A DNA stretch of 64,000 nucleotides. Source: Escherichia phage IME08. Below are positions 1-10,909 of this stretch, piece after piece. The DNA lies in the sequence record NC_014260.1; one strand, 5' to 3'. Each line of letters opens with the position of its first letter. The first letter of the stretch is position 1. A program made the translations under genes and the position numbers. The notes below the pieces were generated by a model, which was not told the DNA's origin, made no database searches, and worked only from the letters and a program-made list of their open reading frames with translations.

Positions 1-447
<447 letters not shown>

Positions 448-476
448 ACAATAAAGCATAACCAAGAGGATTCAAA

Positions 477-2459
477 ATGGCTTTATTATCACCGGGCATT
501 GAGCTCAAAGAAACGTCCGTACAGAGTACTGTCGTTCGTAACGCAACGGGTCGTGCAGCGCTGGTTGGTAAATTCCAGTGGGGCCCTGCTTTCCAGGTAA
601 CTCAAATTACTAACGAAGTTGAACTGGTGGATTTGTTTGGAGGTCCTAATAACGAAGTAGCAGATTATTTTATGTCTGGTATGAACTTCCTCCAGTATGG
701 TAACGACCTTCGTACAGTTCGTGTTGTTAGTCGTGAGTTTGCTAAAAACGCATCTCCTGTTGCAGGTAATATCGAAACCACTATTACTACGGCTGGTTCT
801 AACTATGCGGTAGGCGATAAAATCAATATTAAATATAACCAAACTGTAATCGAATCTGAAGGCCGTGTGACTTCTGTAGATACGGATGGTAAAATTCTTT
901 CCGTGTTTATTCCATCGGCAAAAATTATTGCTTATGCACGTTCTTTAAACCAGTATCCTACCCTGGGTCCGGCTTGGACTGCTGAAGTTACTTCCGCTTC
1001 TTCTGGTGTTTCTGGTACTATTACTGTAGGCAAAATTGTTACCGATTCCGGTATTCTTTTGACCGAAGCCGAGAATAGTGAAGAAGCTATTACTTCTCTG
1101 GAATTCCAGGCCTCCCTTAAACAATTCGCTATGCCTGGCGTAGTCGCTCTTTATCCTGGCGAAATTGGTAGTACTCTAGAAGTTGAAATTGTTTCTAAAG
1201 CCGCTTATGATGCTGGTTCTACTAAAATGTTGGATATTTATCCAAATGGTGGTACGCGTGCTTCTGTTGCTAAAGCGGTATTCAACTACGGCCCACAATC
1301 AGAAGACCAATACGCTATTATTGTTCGTCGTGATGGCGCTATCGTAGAATCTGTAGTACTTTCTACCAAAGAAGGCGAAAAAGACGTTTACGGTAATAAC
1401 ATTTATCTCGATGACTATTTCGCTAAAGGCACTTCTAATTATATTTTTGCTACCTCTTTGAACTGGCCTAAAGGCTTCAGCGGTATCATTAATCTGATGG
1501 GCGGTGTTTCTGCCAACGATAAAGTTACCGCAGGTGATTTGATGCAGGGTTGGGATTTGTTTGCCGACCGCGAAGCATTACATATCAACCTTTTGATTGC
1601 CGGTGCTGTTGCTGGTGAAGGTGACGAAGTTGCTTCTACCGTTCAGAAACACGTGGTGAGCATTGCCGATGAACGTCAGGATTGCTTGGCATTTATTTCT
1701 CCTCCTAAAGGCCTGTTGGTTAACGTTCCATTGACTCGTGCAGTAGATAACCTTATCGACTGGCGTACAGGTTCTGGTAATTTTGATACCAACAACATGA
1801 ACATTAGCACCACTTATGCTGCTATTGATGGTAACTATAAATATCAGTATGACAAATATAATGACGTAAACCGTTGGGTGCCTCTGGCCGCCGATATGGC
1901 TGGTTTGTGTGCACGTACTGATGATGTTTCTCAGCCTTGGATGTCTCCAGCTGGTTATAACCGTGGCCAGATTCTTAACGTTCTGAAATTGGCAATTGAA
2001 CCTCGTCAAGCTCAACGTGACCGCATGTACCAAGAAGCTATTAACCCAGTTGTAGGTTTTGCCGGCGGTGATGGCTTCGTATTGTTTGGTGATAAGACTG
2101 CAACTAAAGTTCCATCTCCGATGGACCACATTAACGTTCGCCGTCTGTTCAACATGCTTAAGAAAAATATCGGCGATGCCTCTAAATATAAACTGTTTGA
2201 ATTGAACGACAACTTCACTCGTTCAAGCTTCCGTATGGAAGTTTCTCAGTACTTAGATGGTATTAAGGCACTTGGTGGGATTTATGAAGGACGTGTGGTT
2301 TGTGATACTACAGTGAACACCCCTGCGGTTATCGACCGTAATGAGTTTATTGCTAATATATACATCAAACCGGCGAGATCGATAAATTATATCACTCTTA
2401 ATTTCGTGGCTACTTCTACCGGTGCAGATTTTGACGAGTTGATTGGACCTTTAGTATAA
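477..2459 (+). CDS. 18: Tail sheath protein gp18
   Basis: 660 aa ORF, length and sequence match recalled T4 gp18; RBS AGAGGA upstream. Confidence 0.95.
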   Translation: MALLSPGIELKETSVQSTVVRNATGRAALVGKFQWGPAFQVTQITNEVELVDLFGGPNNEVADYFMSGMNFLQYGNDLRTVRVVSREFAKNASPVAGNIETTITTAGSNYAVGDKINIKYNQTVIESEGRVTSVDTDGKILSVFIPSAKIIAYARSLNQYPTLGPAWTAEVTSASSGVSGTITVGKIVTDSGILLTEAENSEEAITSLEFQASLKQFAMPGVVALYPGEIGSTLEVEIVSKAAYDAGSTKMLDIYPNGGTRASVAKAVFNYGPQSEDQYAIIVRRDGAIVESVVLSTKEGEKDVYGNNIYLDDYFAKGTSNYIFATSLNWPKGFSGIINLMGGVSANDKVTAGDLMQGWDLFADREALHINLLIAGAVAGEGDEVASTVQKHVVSIADERQDCLAFISPPKGLLVNVPLTRAVDNLIDWRTGSGNFDTNNMNISTTYAAIDGNYKYQYDKYNDVNRWVPLAADMAGLCARTDDVSQPWMSPAGYNRGQILNVLKLAIEPRQAQRDRMYQEAINPVVGFAGGDGFVLFGDKTATKVPSPMDHINVRRLFNMLKKNIGDASKYKLFELNDNFTRSSFRMEVSQYLDGIKALGGIYEGRVVCDTTVNTPAVIDRNEFIANIYIKPARSINYITLNFVATSTGADFDELIGPLV

Positions 2460-2584
2460 TCTATTATCCCAGGCTGTAATATAAAGAACCTAAAACCATT
2501 ATACCATGAGTTTGGTTACAGCGTACATCACGCAGAATTGCGCCTGGGATTGATTATTCTCTCAGAATATGATTTATCAACTGT

Positions 2585-2592
2585 TATAAATA
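2585..2592 (+). promoter_or_regulatory. Late promoter TATAAATA upstream of gp19
   Basis: Exact TATAAATA motif. Confidence 0.55.
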
Positions 2593-2605
2593 AATTAATC
2601 AGAAC

Positions 2606-2626
2606 GTTCCTGGTGTGTCCAGGAAC
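2606..2626 (+). promoter_or_regulatory. RNA hairpin in gp19 5' leader
   Basis: Perfect inverted repeat GTTCCTGG-TGTGT-CCAGGAAC between late promoter and start codon. Confidence 0.45.
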
Positions 2627-2644
2627 TGACTTATGAGGCATCCC

Positions 2645-3136
2645 ATGGAGTTGACAGATATCACTCGTGCATTTGAGTCAGGTGACTTTGCACGCCCTAA
2701 CCTTTTCGAAGTGGAAATTCCATTTCTTGGTAAAAACTTTAGCTTTAAATGTAAAGCAGCACCTATGCCAGCAGGCATTGTAGAAAAAGTACCGGTTGGC
2801 TACATGAACCGTAAAATTAACGTAGCTGGTGACCGTACGTTTGATGATTGGACCATTACCATTTATAACGATGATGCACATGACACTCGTCAAGCAATTG
2901 TTGATTGGCAGAATCTCTGCCATGGTATGACCAATGAAATTACGGGCGCAGCACCTGCAGAATATAAGAAACAAGCAGTAGTTCGCCAGTTCCATCGTGA
3001 CGGCAAGACTGTGACCAAAGAAGTTACAATTTACGGCTTATGGCCTACTAACGTTGGTGAAGTCCAGATGGATTGGGATTCGAACAACGAAGTTGAAACG
3101 TTTGAAAGTACGTTCGCTATCGATTGGTGGGAATGA
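2645..3136 (+). CDS. 19: Tail tube protein gp19
   Basis: Start chosen at second ATG (GAGG RBS 6 nt upstream); about 164 aa, matches recalled T4 gp19 including motif RAFESGDFARPNLF. Confidence 0.9.
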   Translation: MELTDITRAFESGDFARPNLFEVEIPFLGKNFSFKCKAAPMPAGIVEKVPVGYMNRKINVAGDRTFDDWTITIYNDDAHDTRQAIVDWQNLCHGMTNEITGAAPAEYKKQAVVRQFHRDGKTVTKEVTIYGLWPTNVGEVQMDWDSNNEVETFESTFAIDWWE

Positions 3137-3137
3137 G

Positions 3138-3145
3138 TATAAATA
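3138..3145 (+). promoter_or_regulatory. Late promoter TATAAATA upstream of gp20
   Basis: Exact TATAAATA. Confidence 0.55.
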
Positions 3146-3153
3146 GAATTATC

Positions 3154-3171
3154 AAGGAGCTTCGGCTCCTT
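3154..3171 (+). terminator. Hairpin AAGGAGC-TTCG-GCTCCTT (gp19 terminator / gp20 leader structure)
   Basis: Perfect stem with TTCG tetraloop followed by T-containing tract. Confidence 0.45.
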
Positions 3172-3193
3172 ATCCCATTCATCGGAGACTCTA

Positions 3194-4768
3194 ATGGCAA
3201 ACTTTAATACAATATTAAGTTTTCTTAAGCCATGGGCTAATGAAGACGAAAAAGAATATAAACAACAAATTAATAACAATTTAGAGTCTGTCACCGCACC
3301 TAAGCTTGATGATGGCGCTCGCGAAATTGAGACACAAGAGCAAAATATTCCTTATAATGCTCTTATGCAACAGATGTTTGGTAGTAATGAGCCTGAAGTT
3401 AAAAATACCAGGGAACTTATTGATACCTACCGTAATTTAATGAACAACTATGAAGTCGACAACGCCGTACAGGAAATTGTGTCTGACGCTATTGTCTATG
3501 AGGATGATAAAGAAGTAGTTGCATTGAATTTAGACGGGACAGAATTTAGCCAAGCAATTAAAGATAAAATCTTGGCCGAATTCAGTGAAGTTTTAAACCT
3601 TTTAAATTTCCAACGTAAAGGCACTGACCATTTCCAACGCTGGTATGTAGACTCAAGAATTTTCTTTCATAAAATTATAAACCCTAAAAAAATGAAAGAT
3701 GGCGTACAAGAGCTTCGTCGCTTAGACCCGCGCCAAGTCCAATATATTCGTGAAATCGTTACACGTATGGAAGATGGTGTTAAAATTGTAGACGGATATC
3801 GTGAGTTTTTCGTTTACGACACAGGTCATGAAAGCTATTGCGCAGATGGACGCATTTATTCAGCCGGGACTAAAGTTAAAATTCCTCGTGCTGCTGTGGT
3901 TTATGCCCATTCAGGATTATTAGATTGTTGTGGTAAAAACATCATTGGCTATTTGCAACGTGCTATTAAGCCTGCAAACCAGCTTAAATTGATGGAAGAC
4001 GCAATGGTCATCTACCGTATTACCCGTGCTCCTGACCGTCGTGTATTTTATATCGATACAGGTAATATGCCTTCACGTAAGGCTGCAGCACAAATGCAAC
4101 ATATAATGAACACGATGAAAAACCGTGTAGTGTATGATGCTTCGACAGGTAAAATTAAAAACCAACAACACAATATGTCCATGACTGAAGACTATTGGTT
4201 GCAACGTCGTGACGGTAAAGCGGTTACAGAAGTTGATACAATGCCAGGTGCTACTGGTATGAGTGATATGGATGACGTTCTTTATTTCCGCACAGCACTT
4301 TACCGTGCACTGCGTATTCCAGAATCACGTATCCCTAGTGAATCTAATTCAGGTGTTATGTTTGATGCCGGTACAGCTATAACTCGTGACGAGTTGAAAT
4401 TTGCTAAATGGATTCGCCAGCTCCAAAATAAATTTGAAGAAATTTTCTTAGACCCATTAAAAACAAACCTCATTCTTAAAAAGATTATTACAGAAGATGA
4501 GTGGGAAAGAGAAATAAATAATATTAAAGTTACGTTCAATCGTGATAGCTATTTCAGTGAAATGAAAGATGCGGAAATCATGGAACGCAGAATCAATATG
4601 CTAACGATGGCTGAACCATTTATTGGTAAGTACATTTCACATCAAACGGCTATGAAAGATTTCCTTCAGATGACTGACGAAGAAATTAATCAAGAAGCTA
4701 AGCAAATTGAAGAAGAGTCTAAAGAGGCTCGTTTCCAAAACCCAGATGAAGAAGAAGAGGATTTCTAA
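3194..4768 (+). CDS. 20: Portal vertex protein gp20
   Basis: 524 aa, T4 gp20 length and order. Confidence 0.95.
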   Translation: MANFNTILSFLKPWANEDEKEYKQQINNNLESVTAPKLDDGAREIETQEQNIPYNALMQQMFGSNEPEVKNTRELIDTYRNLMNNYEVDNAVQEIVSDAIVYEDDKEVVALNLDGTEFSQAIKDKILAEFSEVLNLLNFQRKGTDHFQRWYVDSRIFFHKIINPKKMKDGVQELRRLDPRQVQYIREIVTRMEDGVKIVDGYREFFVYDTGHESYCADGRIYSAGTKVKIPRAAVVYAHSGLLDCCGKNIIGYLQRAIKPANQLKLMEDAMVIYRITRAPDRRVFYIDTGNMPSRKAAAQMQHIMNTMKNRVVYDASTGKIKNQQHNMSMTEDYWLQRRDGKAVTEVDTMPGATGMSDMDDVLYFRTALYRALRIPESRIPSESNSGVMFDAGTAITRDELKFAKWIRQLQNKFEEIFLDPLKTNLILKKIITEDEWEREINNIKVTFNRDSYFSEMKDAEIMERRINMLTMAEPFIGKYISHQTAMKDFLQMTDEEINQEAKQIEEESKEARFQNPDEEEEDF

Positions 4769-5037
4769 TGGAAGATTTAATCGAAGCTATTAAATCAAAC
4801 GACCTCGTAGCAGTTCGTAAAGCAGCAGCCCCGCTTATCGAATCTCGAGTAGCCGCTTTGATTGAAGCCCGTAAAGCAGAAATTGCTCGCTCCGTTATGA
4901 TTGAAGGCGAAGAAGCTGACGAAGATGACGAAGACGAAGATGACAAAAAATCCGATAAAGCAGATAAGAAAGACAAAAAAGAATCTGACGACGCGGATGA
5001 AGGTGATGATGGCGATGACGACGAGGACGATGAATAA
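4768..5037 (+). CDS. 67: Prohead core protein gp67 (acidic C-terminus)
   Basis: 89 aa with poly-acidic tail; ATGA overlap with gp20 stop; T4 order. Confidence 0.8.
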   Translation: MEDLIEAIKSNDLVAVRKAAAPLIESRVAALIEARKAEIARSVMIEGEEADEDDEDEDDKKSDKADKKDKKESDDADEGDDGDDDEDDE

Positions 5038-5465
5038 TGTTCCTTATCCCTGATGATTACGAATTAACTCTTGAAAGCGTAGAGGCCAAAATTCTAGAAG
5101 CACAGGGACGTTTTGCTATTCTTTCTGAAGCACTCGAGAAAAGCGATATAAATAATCTTGTAGAGAACATGATTGCTGATGGTGATATCGATACAGCTAT
5201 TGCCATTGCTTCTTTGAATGAAAATATGGCTCTTAACGAATTTATCGTTAAGCATGTCTCCTCTAAAGGTGAGCTTACTCGTACTAAAGATATTAAAACC
5301 CGTCAACGCAATGCTTATCAAACGACTGGGTTATCTAAAGCAAAACGCCGTCAGATTGCTCGCAAAGCATCTAAAACCAAACGTGCTAATCCGTCTACTC
5401 AAGTACGTGCTGAACGTAAGCGTAAAAAAGCTCGTTCTAAACGTAAAGCCTTTGGACTTAACTAA
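5037..5465 (+). CDS. 68: Prohead core protein gp68
   Basis: 142 aa, basic C-terminus, T4 order. Confidence 0.8.
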   Translation: MFLIPDDYELTLESVEAKILEAQGRFAILSEALEKSDINNLVENMIADGDIDTAIAIASLNENMALNEFIVKHVSSKGELTRTKDIKTRQRNAYQTTGLSKAKRRQIARKASKTKRANPSTQVRAERKRKKARSKRKAFGLN

Positions 5466-6100
5466 TGAAACCTGAATTGCTCATCGAACATTGGGGACAA
5501 CCAGGTGAAATTATCGATGGGGTTCCTATGTTGGAATCTCATGATGGGAAAGATTCTGGACTTGCCCCAGGCCTTTATATAGAAGGCATTTTCATGCAAG
5601 CCGAAGTAGTTAACCGTAATAAACGTCTTTACCCAAAACCTATTTTGGAAAAAGCCGTTGCCGATTATATGGCAGAACAAGTTGCTACTAAACAAGCTTT
5701 AGGAGAATTAAATCATCCGCCTCGTGCTAACGTCGACCCTATGCAAGCCGCTATTATTATAGAAGATATGTGGTGGAAAGGTAATGACGTTTATGGACGT
5801 GCACGTATCATCGAAGGTGACCATGGTCCAGGTGATAAACTAGCTGCAAATATTCGAGCAGGTTGGGTTCCTGGTGTTAGTTCTCGTGGTCTTGGTTCTT
5901 TAACCGAAACCAACAAAGGATATAAGCGTGTAAACGAAGGTTATAAATTAACCGTCGGTGTTGATGCAGTATGGGGACCATCTGCTCCTGATGCTTATGT
6001 AACTCCAAAGCAAATTACAGAATCACAAACGGTAGAAACCGATACCAGTGCCGATGACGCCTTTATGGCTCTCGCAGAGGCCATGAAAAAAGCGTTATAA
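5465..6100 (+). CDS. 21: Prohead core scaffold protease gp21
   Basis: 211 aa; T4 order and length. Confidence 0.9.
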   Translation: MKPELLIEHWGQPGEIIDGVPMLESHDGKDSGLAPGLYIEGIFMQAEVVNRNKRLYPKPILEKAVADYMAEQVATKQALGELNHPPRANVDPMQAAIIIEDMWWKGNDVYGRARIIEGDHGPGDKLAANIRAGWVPGVSSRGLGSLTETNKGYKRVNEGYKLTVGVDAVWGPSAPDAYVTPKQITESQTVETDTSADDAFMALAEAMKKAL

Positions 6101-6103
6101 ATA
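6096..6103 (+). promoter_or_regulatory. Late promoter TATAAATA upstream of gp22
   Basis: Exact TATAAATA overlapping gp21 stop. Confidence 0.55.
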
Positions 6104-6130
6104 TTATTATCTAAACAACAGGACTACAAA

Positions 6131-6946
6131 ATGCTTAAAGAACAACTGATTGCCGAAGCACAGAATATTGATGCTTCCGTTGCTCTTGATAGTATTTTCG
6201 AATCAGTTAATATTTCTCCGGAAGCAAAAGAAACTTTCGGCACTGTATTCGAAGCTACCGTCAAGCAACACGCCGTGAAACTGGCTGAATCTCACATCGC
6301 TAAAATCGCTGAAAAAGCGGAAGAAGAAGTTGAGAAAAATAAAGAAGAAGCTGAAGAAAAAGCCGATAAGAAAATCCAAGAAGCTGCCGGTCGTTTCCTT
6401 GACCACGTTGCTAAAGAATGGATGGCTGAAAACCAGCTGGCTGTTGATAAAGGTATTAAAGCCGAACTGTTCGAATCCATGTTGATGGGTATGAAAGAAC
6501 TGTTTGTTGAACACAATGTGGTTGTTCCAGAAGAAGCAGTAGATGTTGTTGCTGAAATGGAAGAAGAATTGGCTGAACAGAAAGCCGAAACCGCTCGCCT
6601 GTTCGAAGAAGTTGGTAAGCGTGATTCTTATATCAATTACGTACAGCGTGAAGTTGCTGTTACGGAAGCAACCAAAGACCTGACCGAATCTCAGAAAGAA
6701 AAAGTTAGTTCTCTGGTAGAAGGCATGGATTATTCCGATGCATTTGGTAAAAAAATTAGCGCTATCGTTGAAATGGTTAAAGGTCAGTCTGACGTTGAAA
6801 AACCAATCACCGAAGCCGCTATAAATAAAACTGAAGACGATGCTGCAGCACTGAATTACATTTCGGAAGCAGTTGAAGAAAAAGGCGCTAAGCCTACCCT
6901 GTCCTTCGCGGACCTGTCTGCAATCGCAGCATCACGAATTTCTTAA
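6131..6946 (+). CDS. 22: Prohead core scaffold protein gp22
   Basis: 271 aa, acidic coiled-coil-rich, T4 order. Confidence 0.9.
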   Translation: MLKEQLIAEAQNIDASVALDSIFESVNISPEAKETFGTVFEATVKQHAVKLAESHIAKIAEKAEEEVEKNKEEAEEKADKKIQEAAGRFLDHVAKEWMAENQLAVDKGIKAELFESMLMGMKELFVEHNVVVPEEAVDVVAEMEEELAEQKAETARLFEEVGKRDSYINYVQREVAVTEATKDLTESQKEKVSSLVEGMDYSDAFGKKISAIVEMVKGQSDVEKPITEAAINKTEDDAAALNYISEAVEEKGAKPTLSFADLSAIAASRIS

Positions 6947-6967
6947 TTTAATAAGGTTATACAACAC

Positions 6968-8527
6968 ATGAAAAAGAATGCATTAGTTCAAAAATGGTCC
7001 GCTCTGCTGGAAAACGAAGCTCTTCCTGAAATCGTTGGTGCTTCTAAACAAGCTATCATCGCTAAAATTTTCGAAAACCAGGAACAAGACATCCTGACTG
7101 CTCCAGAATATCGTGACGAAAAAATCTCCGAAGCATTTGGTTCTTTCCTGACTGAAGCTGAAATCGGTGGTGACCACGGTTATGATGCTACCAATATCGC
7201 AGCTGGCCAGACCTCTGGTGCTGTAACTCAGATTGGGCCGGCAGTAATGGGTATGGTTCGTCGTGCTATTCCTCATCTGATTGCTTTTGATATTTGTGGT
7301 GTTCAGCCTCTGAATAACCCTACTGGTCAGGTATTTGCACTGCGTGCAGTATACGGTAAAGACCCTATCGCTGCAGGCGCTAAAGAAGCTTTCCATCCGA
7401 TGTATGCTCCGAACGCTATGTTCTCTGGTCAGGGTGCTGCTGAAACTTTCGAAGCACTGGCTGCAAGCAAAGTTCTGGAAGTTGGTAAAATTTATTCTCA
7501 CTTCTTCGAAGCTACCGGTGCTGCACACTTCCAGGCTGTTGAAGCTGTGACCGTTGATGCAGGCGCTACTGATGCCGCTAAACTGGATGCTGCTGTTACC
7601 GCTCTGGTTGAAGCTGGTCAACTGGCTGAAATCGCTGAAGGTATGGCTACTTCTATCGCTGAACTTCAGGAAGGTTTCAACGGTTCTACCGATAACCCGT
7701 GGAACGAAATGGGCTTCCGCATCGACAAACAAGTTATCGAAGCTAAATCCCGTCAGCTGAAAGCAAGCTACTCTATCGAACTGGCACAGGACCTTCGTGC
7801 AGTACACGGTATGGATGCAGATGCTGAACTGTCCGGTATCCTTGCTACCGAAATTATGCTCGAAATCAACCGTGAAGTTATCGATTGGATTAACTACTCT
7901 GCACAGGTTGGTAAATCTGGTATGACCAACACCGTTGGCGCTAAAGCTGGTGTGTTTGACTTCCAGGACCCGATTGATATCCGTGGTGCTCGTTGGGCCG
8001 GTGAGAGCTTTAAAGCCCTTCTGTTCCAGATTGATAAAGAAGCAGCCGAAATCGCTCGTCAGACCGGTCGTGGTGCTGGTAACTTCATCATCGCTTCCCG
8101 TAACGTAGTTAACGTACTGGCTGCAGTTGATACTTCTGTAAGTTATGCAGCTCAAGGTTTGGGTCAGGGTTTCAACGTTGACACAACCAAAGCAGTATTT
8201 GCCGGTGTTCTTGGTGGTAAATATCGTGTTTACATCGACCAGTATGCTCGTTCCGATTACTTCACCATCGGTTATAAAGGTTCTAACGAAATGGACGCAG
8301 GTATCTACTATGCTCCGTACGTTGCACTGACTCCGCTGCGTGGTTCCGATCCGAAGAACTTCCAACCGGTAATGGGCTTCAAAACTCGTTACGGTATCGG
8401 TATTAACCCGTTCGCTGACCCAGCTGCTCAGGCGCCTACCAAACGTATTCAGAATGGTATGCCTGACATCGTTAACAGCCTCGGTCTGAATGGTTACTTC
8501 CGTCGCGTTTACGTTAAGGGAATTTGA
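6968..8527 (+). CDS. 23: Major capsid protein gp23
   Basis: 519 aa; recalled T4 gp23 similarity, position after gp22. Confidence 0.97.
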   Translation: MKKNALVQKWSALLENEALPEIVGASKQAIIAKIFENQEQDILTAPEYRDEKISEAFGSFLTEAEIGGDHGYDATNIAAGQTSGAVTQIGPAVMGMVRRAIPHLIAFDICGVQPLNNPTGQVFALRAVYGKDPIAAGAKEAFHPMYAPNAMFSGQGAAETFEALAASKVLEVGKIYSHFFEATGAAHFQAVEAVTVDAGATDAAKLDAAVTALVEAGQLAEIAEGMATSIAELQEGFNGSTDNPWNEMGFRIDKQVIEAKSRQLKASYSIELAQDLRAVHGMDADAELSGILATEIMLEINREVIDWINYSAQVGKSGMTNTVGAKAGVFDFQDPIDIRGARWAGESFKALLFQIDKEAAEIARQTGRGAGNFIIASRNVVNVLAAVDTSVSYAAQGLGQGFNVDTTKAVFAGVLGGKYRVYIDQYARSDYFTIGYKGSNEMDAGIYYAPYVALTPLRGSDPKNFQPVMGFKTRYGIGINPFADPAAQAPTKRIQNGMPDIVNSLGLNGYFRRVYVKGI

Positions 8528-8557
8528 TAACATAAGTTATTAATTCTTAAATTATTT

Positions 8558-8575
8558 GGGAGACTTCGGTCTCCC
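8558..8575 (+). terminator. Rho-independent terminator after gp23
   Basis: GGGAGAC-TTCG-GTCTCCC hairpin followed by T-rich tract. Confidence 0.6.
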
Positions 8576-8585
8576 ATTCTTGTTT

Positions 8586-9257
8586 CTATAACTTATAGCA
8601 ATCGTCAAATTGAGGCCTTGTTTCTTTAATCCAATTACGAATGGTAGCTCCGGTAACATTAAAAAATTCGGCGGCGGTTTCGTATCTGTCAAATCTATAT
8701 CCTTTAATCATTATATCAACAAATACAAATTTCTTACCTTTATTAGAGTTCTCTCTAATTTTGGCTTTATGTTCTTCCGATAGTTTCCTACCTTTAAGAT
8801 GAGAATCCCTATTCTCATAAAACTTTTTATTAGCTATAGATTTGTTTTCTCGGTGCTCTTTGGATTCTTTAGAACCTGTTTTCGATTTAGACATTTTGGC
8901 CCTTACTTCCTTGGTCATACCTGCCTTGGTCTTTTCGGATAACATCTCACGATACCCAGGTTCCTGTAAAGCTACTATAACAGGATTACCCTTACCACCT
9001 AAAGCTGCATTATAAGTATCTGTTCTCATAACAAAAGCCTCGTCAACTAGTTCGGCTTCCTTAGCATACATCTCTTCAGATGTTTCGAAATTGAAAAGGA
9101 TTTCCTTTTTAAAATTCTCTAAGCCGTATTTCTTTATGGATTTTACTATGTTAACCCCGGAGCCCATATAAGAATCATTAACATCTGTAGTGGCATGGGC
9201 TCCAACATAAATCTTGTTATTAATGAGATTGGTTATTTTGTAAATTAAATAATTCAT
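8586..9257 (-). CDS. segD: GIY-YIG homing endonuclease, SegD-like (free-standing mobile gene)
   Basis: N-terminal LIYKITN...NKIYVGA GIY-YIG motif; T4 segD occupies same position between 23 and 24. Confidence 0.8.
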   Translation of the reverse strand: MNYLIYKITNLINNKIYVGAHATTDVNDSYMGSGVNIVKSIKKYGLENFKKEILFNFETSEEMYAKEAELVDEAFVMRTDTYNAALGGKGNPVIVALQEPGYREMLSEKTKAGMTKEVRAKMSKSKTGSKESKEHRENKSIANKKFYENRDSHLKGRKLSEEHKAKIRENSNKGKKFVFVDIMIKGYRFDRYETAAEFFNVTGATIRNWIKETRPQFDDCYKL

Positions 9258-9260
9258 ATT

Positions 9261-9527
9261 TTACGCTGCTTTGACACGACGGTTGATGATATCACGGAAG
9301 TCAATACGATTTTCTTGGATTTTCAGCCAGTTACCAGATTTGTCTTTGGTATGGGTAGAGTATTCACCGTTCCACCAGAAGTCGGTAGCATAAGCCATGG
9401 CTTCGTATTTCTTAACTAGTGCATTCACTGCATTACCGTTAGGATTGGAACCATATTTTTCTACCAGGGCTTTGATGTCTTTATCAAGAGCGGAAAGAGT
9501 AGTACGAATAAAGTTTAACTTGTTCAT
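9261..9527 (-). CDS. Hypothetical early protein upstream of segD-like gene
   Basis: ORF with AGGAG RBS; start set to MNKLNF because upstream ATG overlaps promoter; preceded by early promoter. Confidence 0.5.
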   Translation of the reverse strand: MNKLNFIRTTLSALDKDIKALVEKYGSNPNGNAVNALVKKYEAMAYATDFWWNGEYSTHTKDKSGNWLKIQENRIDFRDIINRRVKAA

Positions 9528-9556
9528 TTTTAATCTCCTCATGTTTTGATAGGTCT

Positions 9557-9586
9557 ATAGTAACATGTGATAACCTTGCTGTAAAC
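9557..9586 (-). promoter_or_regulatory. T4-type early promoter (GTTTAC-N18-TACTAT)
   Basis: Minus strand reads GTTTACAGCAAGGTTATCACATGTTACTATAGACC. Confidence 0.55.
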
Positions 9587-9592
9587 AACTTT

Positions 9593-9600
9593 TATAAATA
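9593..9600 (+). promoter_or_regulatory. Late promoter TATAAATA upstream of gp24
   Basis: Exact TATAAATA about 28 nt before ATG. Confidence 0.6.
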
Positions 9601-9628
9601 AACATATACCCTCAATAAGGAAAGCGCA

Positions 9629-10909
9629 ATGGCAAAGATTAACGAATTACTGCGCGAGTCAACAACTACTTCTAGCAACTCATTGGGTCGCCCTAATCTT
9701 GTTGCTTTGACCCGTGCTACAACCAAATTGATTTACCGTGATATTATTGCTGAACAACGTACTAGCCAGCCTATTGCTGCATTGTATGGTGTCAAATATC
9801 TTACCCCTGATAATGAATTCAGTTTCCAAACTGGTGCTGTTTATGGCGGTGAAGTTGGTTCTAAAGACCGTGAAACTATCCCAGAACTCACAGATAAGGC
9901 CCAGGCGATTGCCAAGGGTGAATATTTCAAGTATCAGAATATTGTTTATAAGGCTCTTCAAGCAAGCCCACTCGCATCCACTAGCGCTACAGAATTGGCT
10001 GATGCCCTTCAAGAAGGTTTGGTGTCATTAACATGTCGTCTGGTTCCTGATGCGGCTCACACAGAGAAATTCGAAGCAGGTGATGTTGAAATTAGCAATG
10101 CAGTATTCCAGGTTAATAAATGGAACGCACCTGTTAAGTCTCGTAAACTTAAAACCGCTTTGACTGTAGAACTAGCCCAAGACATGGAATCCAATGGCTT
10201 CGACGCCCCTGCATTCTTAGAAGACCTCCTGGCTACAGTAATGGCAGATGAAATTAATAAAGACGTTCTGCAGTCTCTAATAACTGTATCTAAACGCTAT
10301 AAAGTTACCGGTGTATCTGATAACGGTATTGTCGATTTGTCTTATGACAGTGCTCCGGAATCTGCACGTAAACTTTATGAAATGGTTTGTGAGATGAATT
10401 CTGAAATTCAGAAAACCACTTCTTATTCAGGTACGTTTGTTGTCGCATCTAGTCGTGTAGCTGCAATGCTTGCTGGTTCAGGTTGGTTGAAACATAAACC
10501 AGAAGATGAAGCTTGGCTCCCAGAAACCGCTTATGGTTATTTGATTAACGGATTGCCTGTATTCTGTGATGTTAATAGTCCTTTAGATTATGTTATCGTG
10601 GGCGTTAAAGAAGATTACGGCGGTAATGAAGTGGTTGGTTCTATTTTCTATGCTCCGTATACCGAAGGTCTGGATTTAGACGACCAAGAACATGTTGGTG
10701 CCTATAAAGTTATTGTAGACCCTGATAGTTTGCAACCGGCTATTTCTCTGATGGTTCGTTATGCACTTTCAGCAAACCCATATACCGTTGCTAAAGATGA
10801 TAAAGAAGCTCGTGTTATAGACGCAACTAATATGGATTTAATGGCAGGGCAGAGTAACATGTCTTATCTGCTTGGTGTTAAACTTCCTCCAATTATTTAC
10901 GAGGCATAA
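9629..10909 (+). CDS. 24: Head vertex protein gp24
   Basis: 426 aa; close to recalled T4 gp24 (MAKINELLRESTTT...). Confidence 0.95.
   Translation: MAKINELLRESTTTSSNSLGRPNLVALTRATTKLIYRDIIAEQRTSQPIAALYGVKYLTPDNEFSFQTGAVYGGEVGSKDRETIPELTDKAQAIAKGEYFKYQNIVYKALQASPLASTSATELADALQEGLVSLTCRLVPDAAHTEKFEAGDVEISNAVFQVNKWNAPVKSRKLKTALTVELAQDMESNGFDAPAFLEDLLATVMADEINKDVLQSLITVSKRYKVTGVSDNGIVDLSYDSAPESARKLYEMVCEMNSEIQKTTSYSGTFVVASSRVAAMLAGSGWLKHKPEDEAWLPETAYGYLINGLPVFCDVNSPLDYVIVGVKEDYGGNEVVGSIFYAPYTEGLDLDDQEHVGAYKVIVDPDSLQPAISLMVRYALSANPYTVAKDDKEARVIDATNMDLMAGQSNMSYLLGVKLPPIIYEA

Noticed and set aside
6983-8533. 516-aa ORF on the minus strand spanning all of gp23
   Set aside because: Antisense shadow ORF of a highly expressed gene; Ser/Thr/Val-rich low-complexity translation, no RBS, and gp23 identity on the plus strand is unambiguous
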